From the IMG/VR virus record IMGVR_UViG_3300020439_001107, positions 1 through 42,368 of that record: a DNA stretch of 42,368 bases. One strand, given 5' to 3'. Source of the stretch: a virus. Taxonomy: Duplodnaviria; Caudoviricetes. Of this stretch, positions 35,244 to 42,368 are shown one piece after another. How positions within the stretch are numbered: position 1 is the stretch's first letter; every line of letters begins with the position of its first letter. A program made the position numbers and the translations under genes. Under the pieces are notes generated by a model that saw only the letters and a program-made list of their open reading frames with translations, had not been told where the DNA came from and searched no databases.

Positions 35244-35546
35244 TCACTTATACTTGTCGGACTTTCTTTTTTCACCATCTGACCTAGCAATAAGTCCTTT
35301 TGCTTTGAGATGAGATATATCTCCGAACCCTGCCTTCCCTGCTTTGTATCTCTTCATAGCATCGGCAGTGTCAGGTGCTTTCTCAAGAATAGAATCGGTC
35401 ATTCTCTTTCTACTCTCAAGTCTGTCCTTGATGAATCTCTTCATCACTTTGATATCATCTTTCTTTTTCTTTTTAAGATGTACAGGTGGAACTCCAGTCA
35501 AACCTGCGACTGAACCAACACCAGTAAATTCTTTGAACTTCTTCAT
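35244..35546 (-). CDS. Basic protein with capsid-targeting-like N-terminus (start revised to MKKFKEF)
   Basis: GGGGAG RBS; ATGA coupling. Confidence 0.65.
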   Translation of the reverse strand: MKKFKEFTGVGSVAGLTGVPPVHLKKKKKDDIKVMKRFIKDRLESRKRMTDSILEKAPDTADAMKRYKAGKAGFGDISHLKAKGLIARSDGEKRKSDKYK

Positions 35547-36142
35547 CGTGTTATCTCCCCAGTGGTAAAGTATACCCACTGCTTAGAGTTCTCATGAATA
35601 CCTTTGTATATATCTATACCTTGGAACTCTCCAATTGGTAAAGATTCTACATCCAATACACGAATCTTGTCACCCTTTTGTACAATCTCTTCAACCTCTG
35701 TGGTGACAGTTCCATTCTTCATTCTATAGATTCCAGGCGATAGTCTATTGCCTTCAACCATAAACCACTTGCTTTCTTCAGCAAGACAGTCAAGAATATC
35801 CACTCCAGTTGCTTCGTGGATTTTCATTAATTCTTTATCGGATAAATTTCCGTGTTCTTTGATGAGTAGTAATGCAGAACCATATCTTGCGATTGTGGAT
35901 TGACCGCCTGGGACTTTTGCCATGAGTCTTTTTATATTCATTACTAGTCGTATGAAAGGGGTATAATGTTCTCTGTAGGCATCACGGTTATCACCTTTAT
36001 TCATATCAAAGTCTTTGATTCTTTTACCGTCTTTGTCTATGATACCTGCTTTGAACGCACCAGTCTTTTCGAAAGGTGTAACTAATAGTTTTAGAAACCT
36101 TATCGTAAATACTAAATCTGCCGCTGACTTTAATATACCCAT
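35543..36142 (-). CDS. T4-like phage hypothetical late protein
   Basis: RFLKLLVTPFEKTGAFKAGIIDKDG, YTPFIRLV; CATAAATA 5 nt upstream. Confidence 0.8.
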   Translation of the reverse strand: MGILKSAADLVFTIRFLKLLVTPFEKTGAFKAGIIDKDGKRIKDFDMNKGDNRDAYREHYTPFIRLVMNIKRLMAKVPGGQSTIARYGSALLLIKEHGNLSDKELMKIHEATGVDILDCLAEESKWFMVEGNRLSPGIYRMKNGTVTTEVEEIVQKGDKIRVLDVESLPIGEFQGIDIYKGIHENSKQWVYFTTGEITR

Positions 36143-36150
36143 AGTCGTAT

Positions 36151-36516
36151 TTATGCTTTTTTGATTTCTCGCAGAGCAGAAACTACCTTCTCATCCATTT
36201 CGATGTTGGTATACTCTGTGTTTTTGATTGCGTTTAGGAAGAGCAGAAAAGGTTTGATAACACCCCAATGCTTCAACTCTATCTTTAATTCTAACATATC
36301 AAGTCCTGCCTGAAAACCAAATACATTGAACACCACGATTAGGTGATTGAGAATGAGTCTCTCAGACAGTTGACCTGTCTGCTCGTACTTATTGAGGAGT
36401 CGTTTGATATACTTGAATCTCTTCAAGTCTTCAAAGAATTCTTCACTATCAATACAACGAGGGTTGTGATAGTGTTTCGCCGCAAATAATATTAGATTGT
36501 CTTTTGTCAGTTGCAT
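36151..36516 (-). CDS. T4-like phage hypothetical protein
   Basis: FAAKHYHNP.C...EFFEDLKRFKYIKRL...ERLILNH. Confidence 0.8.
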   Translation of the reverse strand: MQLTKDNLILFAAKHYHNPRCIDSEEFFEDLKRFKYIKRLLNKYEQTGQLSERLILNHLIVVFNVFGFQAGLDMLELKIELKHWGVIKPFLLFLNAIKNTEYTNIEMDEKVVSALREIKKA

Positions 36517-36522
36517 AATAAT

Positions 36523-36553
36523 AAAACCAAATAATAGGGATTACTCCCTATTA
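36523..36553 (-). terminator. Hairpin with GNRA loop, terminator-like
   Basis: TAATAGGGA-GTAA-TCCCTATTA followed by TTTGGTTTT. Confidence 0.6.
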
Positions 36554-36554
36554 C

Positions 36555-36851
36555 TTAGTCTTCGATTACATCTGACAATTGTTCAACCAATGTGTCTTTT
36601 TTCAATCTACGGTCTAATTCAATACCGTGTTGTCTACCAAGTTCTTCGAGTTCTACTTTAGTCATTGACTCAAGACCTTTATCATTTGCAGGTGCTTCAG
36701 TTAATACTTGTGGTGAACCCACTCCATGGAACTCATTAATTTGTTCTTGTGTGATAGATGTTGACACATACAACTCACCAGTATCAGGGTCTTCCCATCC
36801 TCTAAGAGTTGGTACTGCATTTGAACACCATCCAGGCGCTTTAATAGTCAT
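36555..36851 (-). CDS. Small protein with C-terminal Rho-N/HeH-like domain
   Basis: LESMTKVELEELGRQHGIELDRRLKKDTLVEQL. Confidence 0.7.
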   Translation of the reverse strand: MTIKAPGWCSNAVPTLRGWEDPDTGELYVSTSITQEQINEFHGVGSPQVLTEAPANDKGLESMTKVELEELGRQHGIELDRRLKKDTLVEQLSDVIED

Positions 36852-36853
36852 AA

Positions 36854-38317
36854 TTATTTTCCTCTAAGTTTTGCCATTCTCTCCAAAAATGCTTTTGCAC
36901 TCTTGGTTCTACCATCGTAAGGATTAGATTCTTTCTTTTCCTTACCTTTAGGTTCAACTTCGTCTTGTAGTTCTTTCATAGTTTTACCCATGATTACTTC
37001 TCTGATTTTATCTTGCAGAGGAGATGACTTACCAAAAGATTCTTTCACTGGGTTCACTACTTTAGTGTCACCTGCTTTATTATCTTGAGGTCTTTTACCT
37101 GAGTTAGGTTTAGTTGCAGAACTACCTGCCTTAGTTGTTTTATCAACGGCATCCTTTTGATTGTCTTCGATGCCTTTGTCAGAAGAACCATCATGCTTCT
37201 TCTTAAACTCTTTAGACTTCTCTGAATCTTTAGAATCCATAGGTTCTGGTGCTTCAGCATTAGACTTCTGTTGTTTAGCAACAGTTTCTAACATATCCAA
37301 CAGTTCTTCAGTTGCTTCTCCGATTTTAGAGATTTCGGCAGTCTTTGGAGATTGTGCGACTTTCTTTTTCTTGTCCTTGTCTTTTCCGTTTTCTTTATCA
37401 TCGGAATCATCGGACTTCTCTTCACCATTATCTCCATTACCTTTTTCTTCCTCGTCACCGTTACCGTTCTTCTTAGGTGGGAAAGGATTCTTTTTCTTCT
37501 TATCCTTTTCATCACCATTCTCTTCTTCACCATTCTCGTCTTCTTCATTAGAGATTGCTTTAGATACTGCTTTTCTTCTCTTGTGAAGATACTCGTCAGA
37601 TGAATCTACATCACCATCGTTATCGATGTCTTTGTCTTTACGGTCTTTGAACTTCTTCTTGACTGCTTTAGGTTGGACTTTATCAAGACCATCACCATCG
37701 TCAGACTTGTCGTTAGTGTTGTCTTCTTTTTGACCCTTGATGACTTTATCATCTTTCTTATGCTTCTTAGCATTCATTTTGTGGTCTTCTGTTTGAAGAA
37801 TTTCCATGTCTTCTGCCATGACTTTTTTCTCTATGCCATGCTTGAATTCAACATCATACCATTCGACATTACCTTCGTCATCTGGAATTGCGTGTGATTC
37901 ATATACAGGTTTACCAAATCCCCACTCAGGGTGATTGACAATAACTGCACAGTCATGGTCTTTGGAATGACACATTGCTCTGACTTCTTCTTCAGAGAAT
38001 GATTCTTTTTGGGGTTCTACTTCGTCAGCAGGTTTCTCATGCTTGTATCCTTTCTTAGCATACTTGTCATGCTCTTCAGGTGATTTTACTTCTACTTCAT
38101 CACCGTCAGGGGAATACATCATGTGTGGATATTTGACTTCTGCTTCTTTCAGTGCGTCTTCCACATTATACTTCTTACCTGCGAAGGTAAATTCTTTGTC
38201 ACCTTTTTCTTTTGCCATTTTTGCGGCGTATACAAACTGTGACTTAGTTTCTTTTACTCTGGACTCCACAACAGAGGCGTATGCTTCACCCAGTCTTTTT
38301 ATATCAGATGTTCTCAT
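36854..38317 (-). CDS. Highly charged modular protein, possibly internal head protein
   Basis: LGEAYASVVE N-terminus, HDCA...HPEWG...WYDVEFKHG module, DIDNDGDVD motif, D/E/K-rich tracts. Confidence 0.75.
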   Translation of the reverse strand: MRTSDIKRLGEAYASVVESRVKETKSQFVYAAKMAKEKGDKEFTFAGKKYNVEDALKEAEVKYPHMMYSPDGDEVEVKSPEEHDKYAKKGYKHEKPADEVEPQKESFSEEEVRAMCHSKDHDCAVIVNHPEWGFGKPVYESHAIPDDEGNVEWYDVEFKHGIEKKVMAEDMEILQTEDHKMNAKKHKKDDKVIKGQKEDNTNDKSDDGDGLDKVQPKAVKKKFKDRKDKDIDNDGDVDSSDEYLHKRRKAVSKAISNEEDENGEEENGDEKDKKKKNPFPPKKNGNGDEEEKGNGDNGEEKSDDSDDKENGKDKDKKKKVAQSPKTAEISKIGEATEELLDMLETVAKQQKSNAEAPEPMDSKDSEKSKEFKKKHDGSSDKGIEDNQKDAVDKTTKAGSSATKPNSGKRPQDNKAGDTKVVNPVKESFGKSSPLQDKIREVIMGKTMKELQDEVEPKGKEKKESNPYDGRTKSAKAFLERMAKLRGK

Positions 38318-38329
38318 TACTTTCTCCGT

Positions 38330-38647
38330 TTACATCCAGAAAGATGCGACTAACGCACCTGCAATTGTTGTTACTGCAATCCAGAACAGACGATTGATTA
38401 CTCTTACAGTGTTAGCATTATCATCGACTTTCTTTTCGATTTGGTCTAACTTCTCAGAGAAACGATTCATCCTTTGAAATTGGTTATCGTAGTTACCATT
38501 CAAAGTAGCAAGTTTCTCCTCTGCACGAGCAATAGAAATCATTGCTTCGCCTAGTTTATCCAACTTCTCTTCGATTCGGTCAAACCGAACTTCTGAGTGT
38601 GCTTCTATACGAGCAAGTCTTTCCGACTGTGTTTCTTTCGTTGCCAT
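38330..38647 (-). CDS. Coiled-coil protein with C-terminal TM helix
   Basis: RFDRIEEKLDKL...ARAEEK; C-terminal hydrophobic helix. Confidence 0.75.
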   Translation of the reverse strand: MATKETQSERLARIEAHSEVRFDRIEEKLDKLGEAMISIARAEEKLATLNGNYDNQFQRMNRFSEKLDQIEKKVDDNANTVRVINRLFWIAVTTIAGALVASFWM

Positions 38648-38674
38648 GTCTGTCCCATTTGCATGTAAATAGTT

Positions 38675-39361
38675 CTAAACTATAGTTCTATTTATAAGAC
38701 TTCTGTTCTTTACTCTATACTTTTCGATACTATTTTTCCACTCATCGAACAAATAATCATCTATATCTAAGTATTCAATAAGTGTATCTAGCATCACTTC
38801 AGTTCTTGTTTCATCCCTGTGAAATAAATCACAAGGGTCTATTATAATATAATCGTGTCCCACTGGTATCATTGATTGATACATCTGGGTCAGTTCTTGA
38901 CATGTCTGCCATTGTTCCGTCCAGAATCTTTTCAAATCCATACCATGTTTCATCAAGAGGTGTCCATCTTTGTTATGATTCCCTAGGTCAAGTTTTGCTT
39001 TTGCTAGTTCATCAATGTATTTAACAGACTCCTCACTCTTGGGTTGAAGAAGAATATTCTTGGTTTGAAACCAAGACTCCCAGAGATACTCTGTCCAAAC
39101 TTGTGGTTGTTTACTAAAACCATATCCATGGTCTAATCGTATATTCCACAACTCTGGGTCTGGTGACCAATCAGTGTATGGTGAACTACCGTCCATATGA
39201 TACTGAGATAGTTGGTCATCTCTTTCGATTTGCCACTTCTCTATCTCTTCAATATGTTCGACTTTCTTAGTTACAATCTCCTTGTGCTTTACAAGTTGAC
39301 CACCAAGAAACTCACCACCCCCACCACCACGGTAGAGTACATTAATTAGTTTGTTCTTCAT
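38675..39361 (-). CDS. Hypothetical protein, possibly sulfotransferase-like fold
   Basis: N-terminal strand plus Gly-rich loop VLYRGGGGGEFL. Confidence 0.55.
   Translation of the reverse strand: MKNKLINVLYRGGGGGEFLGGQLVKHKEIVTKKVEHIEEIEKWQIERDDQLSQYHMDGSSPYTDWSPDPELWNIRLDHGYGFSKQPQVWTEYLWESWFQTKNILLQPKSEESVKYIDELAKAKLDLGNHNKDGHLLMKHGMDLKRFWTEQWQTCQELTQMYQSMIPVGHDYIIIDPCDLFHRDETRTEVMLDTLIEYLDIDDYLFDEWKNSIEKYRVKNRSLINRTIV
38689..38696 (-). promoter_or_regulatory. T4-type late promoter TATAAATA
   Basis: Exact consensus within the 3' end of the upstream gene, about 40 nt before ATG 38647. Confidence 0.65.
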
Positions 39362-39626
39362 CCCAAATTTTCAACACTAGGTCTCCATCTCCTTTTATAA
39401 CCCTATGATACATCATCTTAGGTATATAGTAGATTCTTCCCTTTTCCATAACGATTGGTTTCTCGTTGTCAAACTGGAGTTGCCAGTTCTCCCCCTCTAA
39501 AACCGTAACCTGTCTATGGCACTTATCTCTGTGCCATACTAATTCTTCGTCTGGACAATCCCAACCAAAGGTTCTTGTTCTTACTGATAAATCACTTGAA
39601 AAGTAATCATTATATGGTTTTACCAA
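39342..39626 (-). CDS. Cupin-fold protein
   Basis: ELVWHRD, VLEG, YIPKMMYHRVIKG. Confidence 0.75.
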   Translation of the reverse strand: MVKPYNDYFSSDLSVRTRTFGWDCPDEELVWHRDKCHRQVTVLEGENWQLQFDNEKPIVMEKGRIYYIPKMMYHRVIKGDGDLVLKIWDEEQTN

Positions 39627-40135
39627 AAAAAACTGCCCCCACCTGAGAGTCCTAATTGTTTAGCATATCTAGGCAATCTACATGCCCAGTAGGCTGCTTT
39701 TGTCTTATCGTTCTGTTGGTCACACTTGTGACGAGCTGCAAATGACTTACGAGCAGCTGGGTCATTTAGTTTGACCTTTAATCCTGTTGTGTCACCCCAT
39801 GTGACTTTCTTTACATTACCACTTGAAGGGTCACGAACATACACATAGTATTTCTTCGGCCCACCACGCATCGGTTTACCGATTGGAGCATCTTGTTTAT
39901 CATCTTCTAGGATACAATCCAAGGGAACTGGGTGTCCATTAACATGGGCAAATGTTCCTAGGTCTGATTCCATGATATCTAACTCATGGTCATCGACTTC
40001 TAGTTCACCTGCTTGATATTGTTCTCTTGCGATTCTCCAATACTCAAAATACTTTTCTGAACCTACACGATAGATATTAGACTCTACCAGTTTAGATTCT
40101 TTGGCACATTCGCAATGTTCGTTAAATGTCTTCAT
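39620..40135 (-). CDS. Basic-tailed phage protein with capsid-targeting-like N-terminus
   Basis: MKTFNEH; KKYYVYV...VKKVTWGD...RKSFAARHKC...YWAC. Confidence 0.75.
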   Translation of the reverse strand: MKTFNEHCECAKESKLVESNIYRVGSEKYFEYWRIAREQYQAGELEVDDHELDIMESDLGTFAHVNGHPVPLDCILEDDKQDAPIGKPMRGGPKKYYVYVRDPSSGNVKKVTWGDTTGLKVKLNDPAARKSFAARHKCDQQNDKTKAAYWACRLPRYAKQLGLSGGGSFFW

Positions 40136-40344
40136 CGCATTTCTATCTTACCGTTTGGCAGTTCCTTTACCTTTACTCCAATTATCTTTCCTAATTGTGC
40201 TAACATCTGAACTCTTCTTTTAGGGTTCATCTTAACACTTGATAATTGTGTTTCGATTCTAGTAGATATAGATTTCACTGCCCCAATTTGGTTGACAACC
40301 AAGGGTGCTTCTTGAAGTTTTCTTATATCCTTAAATTTCTTCAT
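40132..40344 (-). CDS. Small basic protein with capsid-targeting-like N-terminus
   Basis: MKKFKDIRKLQE; ATGA coupling. Confidence 0.65.
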   Translation of the reverse strand: MKKFKDIRKLQEAPLVVNQIGAVKSISTRIETQLSSVKMNPKRRVQMLAQLGKIIGVKVKELPNGKIEMR

Positions 40345-41921
40345 CTAAGTTTACTTAATACTTTCTTCATGTCAGCAGGACTTTTGTATATCATTGCTTG
40401 AAACTTTGCTTTGTCCTGTGGTTTTCTTAGTCTATCAAAGAACTGACCAATCTTGACTGCATCTTTCTTAGTCACATTGATAGTCTTACCATTCTCGAAT
40501 TCAACCTTACCACCTCTTGGTAGGTCAGATACTCTACGCAATTGCATGATGATATTCTTAGAAGCAGCCTTTCTATCGTCATCGGTTGCTTTCAAATCTT
40601 GGTCAGCAGGGTCAACACCTCTTTTGCGTCCACCACCTGCTCTTCTGAAATCACGGAATGCTCTATCTTTGTTTTCTCTTAATCCAAGTGCTTTTCTGCG
40701 TTTGTTAATTTGCTTAATGATATCTTTTTGTTTTGGAGAGCCTGGCATTACTTTCATTGCTTTGGTGTAGAGTCCCATTAACTCCGCATCCATAGAAACA
40801 TCTTTCATTTTACCTTCAGCAATTTCAATATCAAATTCTTCTTTAAGTTTTACTCTAGGTAATTCTTTTTGAAGGGCAGTAAATTCTGCCTTAGACATAT
40901 AAATCCTATCAGGAATAGCACTTGGAGAACTACCTTTCATGGTCATTCTAACCTGACCCCTTTCAAAATCTATTTCGAATTTACCTTTTTTGAATACTGT
41001 TGCTTCTTCTACTGACTCACCTTGCGCTCTTTTAATCTGGTCTTGAGTAGGTGCGCCTTTCTCACCTTTCTTTCTCATCTTCTCACCCCTTGCTCTTTTA
41101 GCACGGATGTTATCCCAGAGTCCTTCACTGACAGAGTTTCTTCGCATCAGTTTCATAGCGGCGTTTGCCAACTGAGTGACCTTCATCTTCTCCATCTTTT
41201 TCTTATTAGCATCATTTACTTTGTCATAAATCTGTGAGATAGCAGATGCAGTAAACATATCAACCATGACACCATCGATTTTCATTGCTTGTTTCTTAGC
41301 AACGATTTGCTTTATCTTCGGAATAGCATTCTCTTCTAGTGATTCTTTCAGAGGATAACCGACCATGCGGTCTACTTGTTTGTTACCGACAGGTCTTTTC
41401 AACTTAACGATTTTCAAAGTCTTTTTGTTTTTGATGTTCATCGGTGGGCGTTCAGCAGAAGCAACACTTGCTTTTGCACCCTTCTCATCAGATGCGGTTG
41501 CGACAACCTTATTACCATCAGCAGTATTAATAACCACATGAGTAGTCTTCAGACCTTCCATAGGAGTATCTTTCTTGTATTTCTTCTTGAGTTCGTCTGT
41601 GCCTTCTTCACCTGCACCATAACTCTTTTCTTTGAGTCCTTTGTTAAGCATCTTGTCGATTTGTGGTGTAGTCATATCTTTTTCTGTAGGGTCACCATAG
41701 GATGATTTACCAATAGTGATTCGTAGAAAATCGTTGACTGCTTTCTTATTACCAGAGACACGAACATGTTTACCCATCATCGCAGACTTCAATCCCATGC
41801 GTTTAGCATTCTTTGCGATTGCCAGTGCATGTTTGTTCTGGTCAGCAGGTTTCTTTATTTTGTTTCGTGGGTCAACAGTAATATTTGCTACTTCTTCCCT
41901 TATCTCTGATAATTTTTTCAT
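40341..41921 (-). CDS. Lys-rich modular protein, possible protease-processed internal head polyprotein
   Basis: MKKLSEIREE; basic modules separated by hydrophobic-x-Glu linkers. Confidence 0.75.
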   Translation of the reverse strand: MKKLSEIREEVANITVDPRNKIKKPADQNKHALAIAKNAKRMGLKSAMMGKHVRVSGNKKAVNDFLRITIGKSSYGDPTEKDMTTPQIDKMLNKGLKEKSYGAGEEGTDELKKKYKKDTPMEGLKTTHVVINTADGNKVVATASDEKGAKASVASAERPPMNIKNKKTLKIVKLKRPVGNKQVDRMVGYPLKESLEENAIPKIKQIVAKKQAMKIDGVMVDMFTASAISQIYDKVNDANKKKMEKMKVTQLANAAMKLMRRNSVSEGLWDNIRAKRARGEKMRKKGEKGAPTQDQIKRAQGESVEEATVFKKGKFEIDFERGQVRMTMKGSSPSAIPDRIYMSKAEFTALQKELPRVKLKEEFDIEIAEGKMKDVSMDAELMGLYTKAMKVMPGSPKQKDIIKQINKRRKALGLRENKDRAFRDFRRAGGGRKRGVDPADQDLKATDDDRKAASKNIIMQLRRVSDLPRGGKVEFENGKTINVTKKDAVKIGQFFDRLRKPQDKAKFQAMIYKSPADMKKVLSKLR

Positions 41922-42154
41922 TACGCTAAGTCCTTATCGTGGTTAAGTCCACCTTTTTTCTTCTTCACTATAAAGGCATTAACTCTGGCATATCCCCACT
42001 GTTGAGGTGTAGTCCCAGGCCTGTGACCTGATTTCCATGCGGCGACTCCACGGTTATATACTTTTTTTAGTGTTCCGTATGATATTCCTGACTTCTCTGA
42101 CTTCTTCTTCAGTGCTTCGTCTGCTTCGGTGATGAATTGAGTAAACTTTATCAT
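41921..42154 (-). CDS. Small basic protein with capsid-targeting-like N-terminus
   Basis: MIKFTQFITE then LKKKSEKSGI...VYNRGVAAW..GHRPG...WGYARVN. Confidence 0.75.
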   Translation of the reverse strand: MIKFTQFITEADEALKKKSEKSGISYGTLKKVYNRGVAAWKSGHRPGTTPQQWGYARVNAFIVKKKKGGLNHDKDLA

Positions 42155-42368
42155 TCTGTTTCTCTATTTTTTCGTTTAGTTTTTGCGGTTCTAGCACGGT
42201 CAAGCATTTGGTCGTGCTTTCTTTTGTCTGCTTCCTTTTCTCTATTGATAGCATCCCTTGCAGTTTTTACTTCATCCTCACCATACATTTGTTTGAAGGA
42301 CTTGGTGTACTTCGAAGGTTTGGTATCTTTACCTTTATCGCCAGGCGCAGGTTTATATGCGTTAGGGT
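42151..42368 (-). CDS. 3' end of a larger gene (partial)
   Basis: Open frame PNAYKPAPGDKGKDTKPSKYTKSFKQMYGEDEV...RETE*, ATGA-coupled to the next gene. Confidence 0.7.
   Translation of the reverse strand, partial: PNAYKPAPGDKGKDTKPSKYTKSFKQMYGEDEVKTARDAINREKEADKRKHDQMLDRARTAKTKRKNRETE

Noticed and set aside
1806-35579. Longest-ORF starts in the track (2048, 2897, 6453, 9129, 11249, 21313, 26928, 28586, 35579)
   Set aside because: These extensions run through promoters, the tRNA or upstream genes; downstream starts have an RBS, ATGA coupling or a late promoter.
37340-37780. Repetitive TTC/ATC-rich DNA considered as a tandem repeat or CRISPR array
   Set aside because: It is low-complexity coding for D/E/K tracts with no fixed unit or spacers. 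No CRISPR array was seen anywhere in the window.
39299-39331. C-rich run considered as a phase-variable tract or G-quadruplex
   Set aside because: It is explained by Gly codons of the RGGGGGEF loop, and the frame is intact.
1256-41946. Many plus-strand ORFs in the track (e.g. 7906-8337, 17748-18110, 37161-37586, 38043-38477) and minus-strand 3169-3486, 4458-4694, 5129-5314
   Set aside because: They are antisense shadows of well-supported genes, with no RBS or motifs and with Ser/Phe/Leu-rich composition.
1-42368. Stop-codon reassignment
   Set aside because: Genes tile tightly under the standard code, and TAA, TAG and TGA all end well-coupled genes.

Overview
AT-rich, gene-dense segment of a large T4-like (myovirus-type) phage genome. 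The host is probably a heterotrophic marine Gram-negative bacterium (inference). Almost all genes lie on the minus strand, with one plus-strand island at 2931-5819. T4-like evidence: TATAAATA late promoters, consensus sigma70 early promoters, nrdA/nrdB, phoH, 30.2-like and PseT-like HAD enzymes, a DenV-like glycosylase, tRNA-Arg(TCT), and proteins with N-termini resembling the T4 capsid-targeting sequence. The centre (about 6.5-25.6 kb) is an accessory island of about 10 glycosyltransferase-like genes, a HAD-nucleotidyltransferase fusion, methyltransferases, a sulfotransferase-like protein, a radical SAM enzyme and an alternative oxidase. It also holds a porin-TctA-TctC uptake module behind a late promoter. 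Sequence-level oddities: all 18 Pro-Gly-forced CCNGG sites I found read GCCTGG/CCAGGC, GATC appears absent, several late genes look leaderless, four genes use the TGA of a TTGACA -35 box as their stop codon, a hairpin occludes the RBS of a holin-like gene, and an intergenic H-type pseudoknot is present. Product calls come from motif recognition by eye; no database searches were run.
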